This document shows, one piece after another, positions 38,525-47,410 of a stretch of 64,000 nt of DNA (position 1 is its first letter; each line of letters opens with the position of its first letter). The position numbers and the translations under genes were made by a program. This DNA comes from Bdellovibrionales bacterium. GTDB taxonomy: Bacteria > Bdellovibrionota > Bdellovibrionia > Bdellovibrionales > UBA1609. The stretch lies in the NCBI GenBank assembly GCA_965199825.1, contig OZ241329.1:2688001-2752000 (forward strand). The letters run 5' to 3'. A model generated the notes under the pieces. That model did not search any database, was not told the DNA's origin, and was given only the letters and a program-made list of their open reading frames with translations.

Positions 38525-39361
38525 ATGATTTTTCAGATAATATTTTTGATTTTCTCTACCGTGTTCGCAAATGAAAACACTTCTGATGCTCTCAACTTTC
38601 GCATCCTCATCGCCGAGGCCTGTGTTTTATCTTCGGCCCTCCAACATGGTGATCACCAAATTTTTAAAGAGACAATTCGAAATCAAATTGTTCATTGGGA
38701 AAATGAGATCAGCCTGATTCACACTCCCGCATTCAAGAGCACGATGACACGGGCACTGGATCGGCTTCGAGCCGCGATCGAAAATGATCAGACGGACCTT
38801 GATCATGAGGTTTTTAAATTTGTTGAATGTGCGGGTAATCTTTTGTGTCAGACCGGTGGGATTAGAAAAAATCTTTTTGATCGCTTTACCGAATTCAGCA
38901 AAAAATTTAATGAATTCTCAAACATTCAGCGACAATGCCAAATTAGCTTTGAGACCAACATTCCACCCGAATATTCAATGTTTGAATCCACCGTAAAGGA
39001 GAAGATCACAAGCACAATGAACACCATTTTTGCCAACAGGCCCAATGATCCTCTTGGTGCTCATTTTATTATCAAGGTCGAAAATCTAAAAAATCTAAAA
39101 ACACGTATCAAGGCAACTCTGAACATCGATGTCGAAATCATTCGCGATCATTTAACCGCCTATGCTTTTCAATTAAGAACGATTCACTATCAACACTTAA
39201 CCTTTATTCATCTCTCTGACGGTTTGGACACCTTGGCCAATGCCCTTAAACGACAGGTGCCAATGGCAATCGAATTTTTTGATCGTCAGCCTAAACCAGA
39301 TATTGTGACCGAACTTGAAGAGTGCCATCGATTACTGACTGACGTGATTGTTCAAATTTGA
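38525..39361 (+). CDS. Hypothetical secreted protein
   Basis: Start moved to MIFQIIFLIFSTVFA (signal peptide); CHRLL near the C terminus. Confidence 0.6.
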   Translation: MIFQIIFLIFSTVFANENTSDALNFRILIAEACVLSSALQHGDHQIFKETIRNQIVHWENEISLIHTPAFKSTMTRALDRLRAAIENDQTDLDHEVFKFVECAGNLLCQTGGIRKNLFDRFTEFSKKFNEFSNIQRQCQISFETNIPPEYSMFESTVKEKITSTMNTIFANRPNDPLGAHFIIKVENLKNLKTRIKATLNIDVEIIRDHLTAYAFQLRTIHYQHLTFIHLSDGLDTLANALKRQVPMAIEFFDRQPKPDIVTELEECHRLLTDVIVQI

Positions 39362-40006
39362 TTTTTGTTGAACCCAATCTCTAAAAGCTTGATTGATATC
39401 TTTAATTTCACAATAGCTATGAATGAAGTCTTCGAGATTTCTTTGTAAACTAATTCTAAGTAAGTTTTCGAGGTCACATTTCTTAGCCAACATTTCGGCA
39501 AGTGCTTGTGAGGCCTTATATTTATAAATAATTTGATCTCGACTGCCCGTCATCGGATGGCCCAAGTCATGAAAATCTTTGAGCGCCGGTTGTTTCGCCA
39601 GCCAAAGGTAATCAACCGTTCCGTCTTTAGCATAAAAATTAGCGAGCCCCTCTTCAAACCATTTGGGTATTGAGGCCTTATACTTTTGTGCCACAATCAA
39701 ATGAACAAGCTCATGACCAAACACCGCATCAAAATTTTTGCTTGTCACTTGCGGCCCGAGCAAAATCTTTTCGGTTTTGTCTTGATGAAGAGTTACCGCA
39801 ATCGCCTGATCACCCATGCTTTGAGCTTTCGCAAAATCTTGCTGCGAACTAAAAAATTCGACGGGGCTGCGATGAATCGACCATTCTAAAAGCTGCGAGA
39901 TTCGATCGGTCACACTCTCAACGCGAGATTTTTTGAGCCATTGTGGTGGAGTTTTAATATAAACTTCATTTGTTTTTATGGGCTCGGCAAAAAGACTGGC
40001 AACCAA
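39332..40006 (-). CDS. Gluzincin / peptidase MA-like zinc metalloprotease
   Basis: HELVH...PKWFEEGLA motif; start codon uncertain. Confidence 0.7.
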   Translation of the reverse strand: MVASLFAEPIKTNEVYIKTPPQWLKKSRVESVTDRISQLLEWSIHRSPVEFFSSQQDFAKAQSMGDQAIAVTLHQDKTEKILLGPQVTSKNFDAVFGHELVHLIVAQKYKASIPKWFEEGLANFYAKDGTVDYLWLAKQPALKDFHDLGHPMTGSRDQIIYKYKASQALAEMLAKKCDLENLLRISLQRNLEDFIHSYCEIKDINQAFRDWVQQKSNLNNHVSQ

Positions 40007-40017
40007 GAGCGCAAAAA

Positions 40018-40467
40018 TCAGAGGCCACCTGCTGAGACAATCGCTTTTAATAAAGTGCTTCGAGTGACAAAACCTTGCAGGCGTCCTGCACTGTCGATCA
40101 CGGCGAGTCGATGAACGGGGTGGCGCAAAAACTTTTTGTACACATCAATAAATGTCTCAGATTTGGTGGTAAAAATAATATTTTCTTTTTTAACCAAGTG
40201 AGGAAGGCACAATGCAATCGGCTTTTCGAGTCCATCCATCGCGGTGAGTTTGAGTAAATCCCCTTCACTCACCATCGACACCACGTTGTTCATCTTATCA
40301 ACAACAGGAGCGCCGCTAATTTTATGGTCCAACAAAAGTTTTAATGCGTCTGAAACTGTTTGATCGAGTGTCACCGCGTACACTTCGGTGGTCATTATGC
40401 GTTCAACATTTATTTGTGAAAGCTTTGATTTTTCATTCCGAATCGGGCCGCTCACTAAAATCCCCAC
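40018..40467 (-). CDS. CBS-pair domain protein
   Basis: VERIMT, ISGAPVVD, VSEGDLL and HRLAVID motifs. Confidence 0.88.
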   Translation of the reverse strand: MGILVSGPIRNEKSKLSQINVERIMTTEVYAVTLDQTVSDALKLLLDHKISGAPVVDKMNNVVSMVSEGDLLKLTAMDGLEKPIALCLPHLVKKENIIFTTKSETFIDVYKKFLRHPVHRLAVIDSAGRLQGFVTRSTLLKAIVSAGGL

Positions 40468-40895
40468 TTTTCAATCAGCGAGCGCGCATAGCTTGCCGAC
40501 TGCCGTGTTCGTGTTGCCGAATCTTCCACTGGTAAGGGTTTTTTAGCGACCTGCTCTTCAAGAGGTTCATCAAAGCACGGCTCCCATTTTTCGATAATCG
40601 CATACTGCGCACTATTCGATTTTTGGGCAGACCTAAACAAATTTTTATTATCTTTTTCGACCACAAAATAATAGCTGATTGCATCTTGATGCCCTAGCCA
40701 AACAATAGCCCGATAAACATCATTCTTTTGATGCATGGCTACCTTTACCTTATCGCTACGGGTATTCTGCACTACCACCGCAACCGTCTCACCATCGTAA
40801 ATCAGGATATTGCCAAGTTCGATATGGGTATCAATACGATCGCCGCGCAATTTGGTCGAATCCACAAAGAGCGGATTGTTTTTTGCCATTACCAA
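40455..40895 (-). CDS. Hypothetical protein (beta-rich)
   Basis: 146-aa ORF overlapping both the parA-like and CBS genes. Confidence 0.6.
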   Translation of the reverse strand: MVMAKNNPLFVDSTKLRGDRIDTHIELGNILIYDGETVAVVVQNTRSDKVKVAMHQKNDVYRAIVWLGHQDAISYYFVVEKDNKNLFRSAQKSNSAQYAIIEKWEPCFDEPLEEQVAKKPLPVEDSATRTRQSASYARSLIEKWGF

Positions 40896-41632
40896 ATTTC
40901 CTCAGAAAGCTGTTGATAGGCTTTCGAGGCGGGACTTTTAGGTTTGTGTTTTCTTACCGGGCAATGACGATGATGGGCTTCTTCTACCGCAATATTATCA
41001 GGAATAAAATTCGTGTAAACATGCAGCCCATATTTATCACGCACCTGTTGAATCACATCTTTAGCAATTTTGCGGTCACGAAATCGGGTGATCACAACAC
41101 CCCGTACTCCAACTTTATATCCAAGTCCCATCCGAATATTTTTGAGAGTTTCCAAAATCAGCTCGATCCCCTGAAGCGAAAAATATTCGGGACAGATAGG
41201 AATGATAATATCTTTTGAAGCTAAGAGCGCATTGATAGTCATCAATCCCAAAGACGGTGAGCAATCGATAATTGTTGAGTCATATTTGCGAGACACAAAC
41301 TCTAGTTTTTTTCTTAAGATCCGTTCGCGCCCATAATGAGCTGCGAGTTGGACATCAATCCCGCTGAGCATGATCTCTGCTGGAATCACATCGATTTCAA
41401 ATTCAGGCGAACTGACGATTGCCTCTTCGGCGGTGACCTTGCCCATAATCACATCATAAATGGTATGCTCAAAATCTCGCGAACCAAATATAGCGCGAGT
41501 CGCAGAAGACTGCGGATCAAGATCGATGAGTAAAACTTTTTTTCCGTTTTTTGCCCAGCTTGAAGCAACATTCAATGCCGTGGTGGTTTTGGCAACACCA
41601 CCTTTTTGATTAATAACCGAAACTACAGACAT
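40889..41632 (-). CDS. ParA/Soj family ATPase (orphan)
   Basis: NQKGGVAKTT, IDLDPQ and IIDCSPSLG motifs; ATG at 41632. Confidence 0.9.
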   Translation of the reverse strand: MSVVSVINQKGGVAKTTTALNVASSWAKNGKKVLLIDLDPQSSATRAIFGSRDFEHTIYDVIMGKVTAEEAIVSSPEFEIDVIPAEIMLSGIDVQLAAHYGRERILRKKLEFVSRKYDSTIIDCSPSLGLMTINALLASKDIIIPICPEYFSLQGIELILETLKNIRMGLGYKVGVRGVVITRFRDRKIAKDVIQQVRDKYGLHVYTNFIPDNIAVEEAHHRHCPVRKHKPKSPASKAYQQLSEEIW

Positions 41633-41710
41633 GGATCCATCATAGAAATGGTCCAGTGCGGCTCGCAATCGATTTTAAAACCAAATCTGCGAGCCACGAC
41701 CTTGGTCGAG

Positions 41711-42010
41711 CTATTTCGACATTTCTTCTACAACGCGATCTGTTTCTTCATCACTATAAATTCCAAACCCATTGACTAAGACACCTTTGATGTCACGCGA
41801 ACGTGACGAGATGGCATAAACAATGGACTGATCTGCTGGATCGGTATCATTATCAAAGCGAAAGTATTTATCGATTTTAAAATCTTCTGGAAAACGATCG
41901 TAAATACTTTCTCCGTCGTGTGTTGCATCTTTTCGCCGACTAAAATCTTCGGAGTACCCATTCGCTTGTAAATCTGCAAGGGCTTGTGCCATTGTTTTTG
42001 GTTCGTTCAT
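41711..42010 (-). CDS. Conserved small hypothetical protein
   Basis: L...GY.EDF and RFD..TDPADQSIVYAI...KGVLVNGFGIYSD pattern seen in a widespread uncharacterised family. Confidence 0.7.
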   Translation of the reverse strand: MNEPKTMAQALADLQANGYSEDFSRRKDATHDGESIYDRFPEDFKIDKYFRFDNDTDPADQSIVYAISSRSRDIKGVLVNGFGIYSDEETDRVVEEMSK

Positions 42011-42189
42011 GACTTTCCTTTCTTTGGAGCTTTTGCTCCTGACGATCGTGCTTCTGACAACCCAATTGCGATTGCCTGTTTGCGACTTTTAACTTTTGTG
42101 CCGTTACCGCTTTTAAGTTCGCCGCGCTTTTCTTTGTGAAGGGCGCGCTCCACACTTTGAGATGCTTTTTTTGAAACCTTTTTGGCCAT
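42007..42189 (-). CDS. DUF6496-type small basic protein
   Basis: HKEKRGELKSG..KVKSRKQAIAIGLSEAR; ATG at 42189 with GGAG. Confidence 0.8.
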   Translation of the reverse strand: MAKKVSKKASQSVERALHKEKRGELKSGNGTKVKSRKQAIAIGLSEARSSGAKAPKKGKS

Positions 42190-42216
42190 AATCGCTCCCT
42201 TTTTGAAAAACAAAGA

Positions 42217-42231
42217 GCAAACAAAAGGCCA
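42217..42231 (-). promoter_or_regulatory. Sigma54 promoter motif
   Basis: Minus strand TGGCCT-TTTGT-TTGC, about 28 bp before the DUF6496 start. Confidence 0.65.
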
Positions 42232-42237
42232 AAAACT

Positions 42238-43101
42238 TCACTTCCTCCTAATTTCAAATCCTAAAAAACTTGGGGCAGATTTCCGATTGCGCTGATGCAG
42301 AAGTGAACTGACTTCGGCGCCAATAAAAAAAATCAGAGAAGAATAATAAACCCAAACCAAAAACACAATCATCGAACCTGCAGCTCCATAAGCCGCACCA
42401 ATCGACGATTGGACAATGTACCAACTGATGCCCTCTTTACCGATAACAAACAGCAGAGAGGTCAAAAGCCCACCTTCCATCGCATGTCTCCAAGGCAATC
42501 GTTCAGCGGGAAAAAACTGAAGCAAAAGTGTAAACACAATAAAATAAAAAATGAGCGAGGCAGACACACTCCCTAACCAAATCACGATCGTCAGATCAGA
42601 ATGAAAGCCCACATTCACCAAAGAGGATGCAATGATCGAGGCGATGACCGCAAAAGCGGTAAACAAGGCCAAAAACATCTGGAAAAGTTTGTCGCGTAAA
42701 AAACCGGTAATCAAGCGTGTTGTAGTGGCATTATTGTTTTGGGGGTTGAACTCAAAAATGCGATTTAAAGCGCTGCGAATTTGGCCAAAAACTAAACTGG
42801 CCGATAAAATCACCATGAAAATTTCAAACCATCGCATCGACGAATTCGTATGAGGATGGCTTTTCACATGATCAATCACACTAGATATCGTTTGGGTCGC
42901 TTCATCGCCCATAATAGAGTTTGTTTGGGATACCAGCTTCGATTCAATCTGCGCACTGTAGTGGCCAGAAAAATCGAGGATCAATACGGTGAGGGGTGCA
43001 AGAGATAGAGCGGTGTAGAACGCAACAGAGGACGCAACCGTCATCATGTCATCGCGAAAAAATTTTTCATAAAAATCGAGTGCGAACTGTTTTACTGTCA
43101 T
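42238..43101 (-). CDS. YihY/virulence factor BrkB family membrane protein
   Basis: VAFYTALSLAPL and YGAAGSMIVFLVWVYYSSLIFFIGAE motifs. Confidence 0.9.
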   Translation of the reverse strand: MTVKQFALDFYEKFFRDDMMTVASSVAFYTALSLAPLTVLILDFSGHYSAQIESKLVSQTNSIMGDEATQTISSVIDHVKSHPHTNSSMRWFEIFMVILSASLVFGQIRSALNRIFEFNPQNNNATTTRLITGFLRDKLFQMFLALFTAFAVIASIIASSLVNVGFHSDLTIVIWLGSVSASLIFYFIVFTLLLQFFPAERLPWRHAMEGGLLTSLLFVIGKEGISWYIVQSSIGAAYGAAGSMIVFLVWVYYSSLIFFIGAEVSSLLHQRNRKSAPSFLGFEIRRK

Positions 43102-43102
43102 C

Positions 43103-43128
43103 AAAAAAAAGGGGGCTTGATCAGCCCC
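43103..43128 (-). terminator. Intrinsic terminator immediately upstream of the yihY-like start
   Basis: Minus strand GGGGCT-GATCA-AGCCCC-C-T8. Confidence 0.7.
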
Positions 43129-43136
43129 ACTTTGAC

Positions 43137-43406
43137 TTACTTACCGTCAGATCCTTCAAGCTTCACAAGCTTGTTATAAAGTCCGAGCAATAAAAACGAT
43201 GGAGCCCAAAGGCCAACAAAGTTTGCAGAATCTTTGCGAGTATTTCTAGCCGCAAGATATGCCGATAAGGCCATTGAACCCAAAGCCAACGCCAAATAAC
43301 CCACTGATGGGACTTTTGAAGTTTGCTGTTCAATTGCTTTTGTCAAAACGCCTTCACGGTGTTGTTGACTTCCATTTAACTTATTACGGTCCATATTTAA
43401 ATCCAT
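43137..43406 (-). CDS. Conserved small membrane protein
   Basis: AIEQQTSKVPS..YL.LALGSM and FVGLWAPSFLLLGLYNKLVK; GAGG RBS. Confidence 0.75.
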   Translation of the reverse strand: MDLNMDRNKLNGSQQHREGVLTKAIEQQTSKVPSVGYLALALGSMALSAYLAARNTRKDSANFVGLWAPSFLLLGLYNKLVKLEGSDGK

Positions 43407-43422
43407 GATTCACCTCTTAAAT

Positions 43423-43917
43423 TTAGTTGTAACGAACTTCAGAAGAGCCGCGATTTGAACCAGACTGTGATGAATAGTGGCTCACATCATTGTCTTTATT
43501 TTGGCGACGCGTTTCGCGCTCCTTAATCAAATCAAAAATATAAGCACTAATAGCATGTCCAATCGAAAAGCCACCGCTCGCATCTTTTTTGGGACGCTCA
43601 CTGCTTCTATCAAGGGCTCTGGTAAAATAAAAAACACCGCCAAAAATTATGGCGGAAATGAGTATTAACCCAAATCCCGCCACAGCTTTCGAAGAAAAAT
43701 GGATCGAACCTGAAACGTCCAGCTGATTGGCGCATTCAACCAATGTCAAAATCAACCCTGCAGAAAATAATATTGCTACAGAAACCGATCCAACGATCAT
43801 TGCAAAAATACTACGACCAGCCGTCCTTAAGTAATCAACAGGCTCCGATTTAGGCGATTTAGAAAACGACTGCATCAGGCTTGTTAAAACTGGAAAAATC
43901 ATTTCAATCCATTTCAT
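43423..43917 (-). CDS. Hypothetical two-TM membrane protein
   Basis: Two hydrophobic helices; directly downstream of the DUF883-like gene. Confidence 0.65.
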   Translation of the reverse strand: MKWIEMIFPVLTSLMQSFSKSPKSEPVDYLRTAGRSIFAMIVGSVSVAILFSAGLILTLVECANQLDVSGSIHFSSKAVAGFGLILISAIIFGGVFYFTRALDRSSERPKKDASGGFSIGHAISAYIFDLIKERETRRQNKDNDVSHYSSQSGSNRGSSEVRYN

Positions 43918-43922
43918 TTCAA

Positions 43923-44189
43923 TTACCTAGTCATGCGACCGAGCAAAAATCCAGCAATACCCACTCCGATAATTGATGGAAGTGGATTTGATCGAACCCA
44001 GTCAAGTGAAGTCGAGAAGTTGTCTTGAACAACATCTTGAACATCTGACATTTTGTCCTGTGCAGTTTCCCAAGTGGATTTTGCATCGCTTGCTAAATCT
44101 TTAGCTTCGCGTTTTGCAGCGTCTGCTCCCGAACGAACTGTGTCTTGAACTTTATTACCCATGTTATTCATAGCTTGTTTTGTATCCAT
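43923..44189 (-). CDS. DUF883/ElaB/YqjD-like protein
   Basis: Helical N terminus; C-terminal WVRSNPLPSIIGVGIAGFLLGRM; AAGGAG RBS. Confidence 0.8.
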   Translation of the reverse strand: MDTKQAMNNMGNKVQDTVRSGADAAKREAKDLASDAKSTWETAQDKMSDVQDVVQDNFSTSLDWVRSNPLPSIIGVGIAGFLLGRMTR

Positions 44190-44225
44190 TTTATTTGCTC
44201 CTTGATGTTTAGTTATGTCGTAAAA

Positions 44226-44867
44226 TTAGTTTTGTTGAATGTACTGAGTGCCTGCAGTCATAACGCTCAAACCAACAGCCGATTTGCCGATGTAAAGAAC
44301 ATTTTTGTCTACGCGAACGGTCGTTAATTCTTCAGTGCCAGCTTTGCGGCTCGCGCTCACACAATCATCATTAACTTTAGCTGGAACACCAACTTTGTAA
44401 TCGGTGATATTGCAAACTTTTGAGTCATTCAAGATTTTAACGCCGTCTTCACTTTGTGGAACGATCATAACATGTTTGTATCTAAGCTGAATATCGTGCG
44501 ATTTGTCCGATTGATTTTCATCTTTTTTGATATCGCCTTCAGCATAAACTTCAACTGAATAAGCAACTGGGCCTTTGCAATCTGCGTCTGTGAAATGATT
44601 TGTTGCGAATGTTAGGTTGGCAGCGTGACGTGAAATCACTTCTTGAGTCGCGCGATCAACTGGGTCATTCGATCCAGTAACTTTGTTGATGACACCTTTA
44701 ACGGTTTGTTTTGGTGAAACAGCGCTACAATCATCTTTTTTAGCAAATGTTCCTGTGAAGTCTTTCATTTTTGATGACTCTTCAATATTACCGAACAGAT
44801 CGTTGTTGCGGTTTTGACATGCGGTCACTGCAAGAGTGGCCATTGCGACTAATAACATTTTTTTCAC
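44226..44867 (-). CDS. Hypothetical lipoprotein
   Basis: GTG start with AGGAGG; lipobox VTAC; paired Cys. Confidence 0.75.
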   Translation of the reverse strand: MKKMLLVAMATLAVTACQNRNNDLFGNIEESSKMKDFTGTFAKKDDCSAVSPKQTVKGVINKVTGSNDPVDRATQEVISRHAANLTFATNHFTDADCKGPVAYSVEVYAEGDIKKDENQSDKSHDIQLRYKHVMIVPQSEDGVKILNDSKVCNITDYKVGVPAKVNDDCVSASRKAGTEELTTVRVDKNVLYIGKSAVGLSVMTAGTQYIQQN

Positions 44868-44967
44868 GGAAACCTCCTAAGGATTTGTGAATGTGGGGTT
44901 GTGCTCTTTGAAACACGAACAAAAATGGTGTTTTAAAAAGCGGTTTATCTCTACAGACTGTTCTAAA

Positions 44968-44982
44968 GCAAACAGCCTGCCA
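44968..44982 (-). promoter_or_regulatory. Sigma54 promoter motif
   Basis: Minus strand TGGCAG-GCTGT-TTGC, 100 bp before the lipoprotein-DUF883 operon. Confidence 0.7.
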
Positions 44983-45041
44983 TTCTCAATTGAGCTGATT
45001 GTGCAAAGAAGAGGGAAGACTACTAAAAATGCCCCTCATCA

Positions 45042-45248
45042 TTACATCTTGCGGGGTTTTTTTACTGCTCCAATGATAAAACTGAGAGTGGAAACTGTGA
45101 TGAGTGCGATCAACATAAAAACACTCACATACTTAGCCACCTCATTATTTGTCGAGACACCAAATGCGAGACACAAAAGGCCTGCGACCCAAAAATAAAA
45201 TGAGTACTTCAGAAATTTGACGGGACGAACGCTTGAAACAGATTTCAT
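45042..45248 (-). CDS. Small two-TM membrane protein
   Basis: 68 aa; AAGGAG RBS; two hydrophobic segments. Confidence 0.6.
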   Translation of the reverse strand: MKSVSSVRPVKFLKYSFYFWVAGLLCLAFGVSTNNEVAKYVSVFMLIALITVSTLSFIIGAVKKPRKM

Positions 45249-45270
45249 ATTTTCTCCTTCAGCTTAAAAC

Positions 45271-45301
45271 GACTGAAGCTGTCAAAATAACAGCTTCAGT
45301 C
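45271..45301 (-). terminator. Intrinsic terminator after the OmpA / small ORF pair
   Basis: GACTGAAGCTGT-N7-ACAGCTTCAGTC 12-bp stem followed by GTTTT on the minus strand. Confidence 0.75.
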
Positions 45302-45309
45302 TCATTCAC

Positions 45310-45441
45310 TTAATTTTCTTTAGGTTCCTCAACAGGGGCTTGAGGAATCTCAGGCGGAGGAGGATCGACAATATGATCCTGCTCGCTAATTTCGGGAATC
45401 TCATCCGGTGTACTTGGAGGAATTTCGTTTTCGTCTCCCAT
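45310..45441 (-). CDS. 43-aa acidic Pro-rich small protein (not in ORF track)
   Basis: MGDENEIPPSTPDEIPEISEQDHIVDPPPPEIPQAPVEEPKEN; ATG overlaps the OmpA stop (TAATG); terminator follows its stop. Confidence 0.55.
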   Translation of the reverse strand: MGDENEIPPSTPDEIPEISEQDHIVDPPPPEIPQAPVEEPKEN

Positions 45442-46760
45442 TAAGGAGTCACGATAATATCAACACGACGATTTTCAGCTCGTCCTGCTGAACGTTTGTT
45501 CGATGCGATTGGTTTTTCGAAGCTTGCACCTTGTGAAGTGACATTGCCTTTTTGAACCGCATTCGCCGACACAAGATATTGAGCAATCGTGTTTGCACGC
45601 TCTTCTGACAATTTTTGATTGAGTTTCGAAGTTCCACGACCATCTGCATGACCTTGAACTACTACTTTTTTGTCAGACTTGATTGAACTCAAAATCTCAG
45701 TCACTTTTTTAAGTACTGGAATTGATGATTTGGTAATGTCAGCGCGTCCTGTAGGAAAGTTCATTCCTTTAAGACGAATAATGATTTGGTCACCTTCGCG
45801 AGCAACTTCAGCTTCGTCTTTGGTCAACTTGTTCTGAGCAGTTTCAAGGTACTTGTTGATCTTTTCACGAGCTTCAAGTTCTTGGTTCTCACTCGACATT
45901 TCGTTGAGTTCGCGTTTGGTCTCTACAAGATTTCCATGAACTGCATTTAACTGATCATGTTCTTTTACTTTTTCTAAAGCTACTTGCTCAGTCGACTCTT
46001 TACGAGTGTGTTTTGATTCAGCAAGAATTCGAGTCATCATGTCAGCTTTTGCATTAATATCTGCTTCTAACTGATCAAGGATTTCAGGCTGGCGAACCGC
46101 AGCTGTCATTTTCAATTCTGCACTGTGAATCTGGGAATAAAATTCGGCCAAAGATTTGGGGCTGTATTTTTCTGCGCCATCTTTATGAGCAGCATCAAAA
46201 ATATTTCGAGCACGGCTTAAACGACTGCTTAAAACAGACTGAACTTCTACGTTGAAGTAGTTTGTTTGGAGTGCTTGGCGGTCGGTCAAATTAGGATCGA
46301 AATTTCCTTTTTCGAACTTGCTCGCCATTTTTTTAAGGCGGTTGTCATTTTTTGCTAATTCTTGATTTTGATATTTATCAGCTTGAGCTTGAACTGCGCG
46401 ACCACGAGCTTCAACAACATCGGGAATAACAGTTTGAGCACGGCTTGCAATTTCTTGAGCTTGATTCAAAGCGCCCGCACTATAAGAAACCGACTCAAGA
46501 ATATCTGAGCCTTTTTTCTTATCGCGCAATTGCTCATCCGCTTTTTGTAGGTAGTACTGAGAAGCGGTAAAATATTTTGGAGCCAAAACGTCAACTTGTG
46601 CTTGTTGAGCAGCAGTCAATTCGCTGTGAAGGCGTTCAACTTCAGCGTCAGGGCGTGCCGTAGCTGGAATATCTGCGCGTTGGATTCCTGATGAGCAGGC
46701 TGACAAAATCCCCGCTGCGAGAATTACATTTGTCAGGCCCAATAACTTACGATTCAACAT
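45441..46760 (-). CDS. OmpA-family lipoprotein with helical N-terminal repeats
   Basis: Lipobox LSAC; C-terminal VQGHADGRG..NQKLSEERA..GRAENRRVDI peptidoglycan-binding domain; AAGGAG RBS. Confidence 0.88.
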   Translation of the reverse strand: MLNRKLLGLTNVILAAGILSACSSGIQRADIPATARPDAEVERLHSELTAAQQAQVDVLAPKYFTASQYYLQKADEQLRDKKKGSDILESVSYSAGALNQAQEIASRAQTVIPDVVEARGRAVQAQADKYQNQELAKNDNRLKKMASKFEKGNFDPNLTDRQALQTNYFNVEVQSVLSSRLSRARNIFDAAHKDGAEKYSPKSLAEFYSQIHSAELKMTAAVRQPEILDQLEADINAKADMMTRILAESKHTRKESTEQVALEKVKEHDQLNAVHGNLVETKRELNEMSSENQELEAREKINKYLETAQNKLTKDEAEVAREGDQIIIRLKGMNFPTGRADITKSSIPVLKKVTEILSSIKSDKKVVVQGHADGRGTSKLNQKLSEERANTIAQYLVSANAVQKGNVTSQGASFEKPIASNKRSAGRAENRRVDIIVTP

Positions 46761-46822
46761 TCTGGTATCTCCTTTAGTTTAGACAATAGAGTCATAGTTT
46801 TCATTTCGACCCTAGTTGTATC

Positions 46823-46837
46823 GCAAGAGGAGTGCCA
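46823..46837 (-). promoter_or_regulatory. Sigma54 promoter motif
   Basis: Minus strand TGGCAC-TCCTC-TTGC (consensus), about 63 bp before the OmpA start. Confidence 0.8.
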
Positions 46838-47085
46838 GCAAGAAAATCCGCTCCTACACCGAATTGCGCAGAAAATAATGAAATTTTGTCCCAAATTACC
46901 ACGCGAGTGGGTGCAATAATCCCATAGATCTGATCTCTGGAGTGGTCCACTGGTCTTGGGTTTTAAGTGCAGGTACGTGATTGAAATACGTCGATCAAAA
47001 TTTCAATAAGTTGTAAATTTGGGTAAATAAAAAAGTCTTTTGCGACCTTTTTTAAATTTTGGTCACGGAAGATATTACAGATTTT

Positions 47086-47298
47086 TTAAGGTTGAGACTC
47101 ATAAGGTTTGAGAACTTCTTGTAATCGCTCCACTGCTTTCAAAAGCGGAATTTCGTATTTTTTAACGATCATCGAGGCGATCGCCTCAACATTGTGTTCG
47201 ACACCATCTAGTTCTTTGAACTCGAGCTTGGCCCAGATGTTTTTGATCTCACCTTTGGCTTTTTCCCAATCTTCTGCACTGATAGTTTTGTTCAGCAT
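47086..47298 (-). CDS. CsbD-like small protein
   Basis: WEKAKGEIKNIWAKL...I..KY pattern; ATG at 47298 with GGAGG. Confidence 0.6.
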   Translation of the reverse strand: MLNKTISAEDWEKAKGEIKNIWAKLEFKELDGVEHNVEAIASMIVKKYEIPLLKAVERLQEVLKPYESQP

Positions 47299-47325
47299 AG
47301 AAATCCTCCAATTCTGGACCATGTT

Positions 47326-47340
47326 GCAGCCAGTAAGCCA
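47326..47340 (-). promoter_or_regulatory. Sigma54 promoter motif (weaker)
   Basis: Minus strand TGGCTT-ACTGG-CTGC (GG-N10-GC), about 28 bp before the CsbD-like start. Confidence 0.5.
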
Positions 47341-47410
47341 AAAAGTCCCTCTTTTTATTGTTTCCATTTCACGATTTGGGTTTTTTAGCCCCATCGTATA
47401 GTTTAATCAT

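Noticed and set aside
41660..41696. GGCTCGCA...TGCGAGCC inverted repeat upstream of parA as a parS or sigma54 site
   Set aside because: Does not match the parS consensus and the -12 box is wrong; may be a simple hairpin, function unsupported
41711..42010. Phosphoribosylpyrophosphate synthetase label sometimes given to this family
   Set aside because: Only 99 aa with no PRPP synthetase motifs; treated as hypothetical
45537..45549. AAGTGACATTGCC-like inverted copy of the array core
   Set aside because: A single partial match inside the OmpA coding sequence, 17 kb away; likely chance
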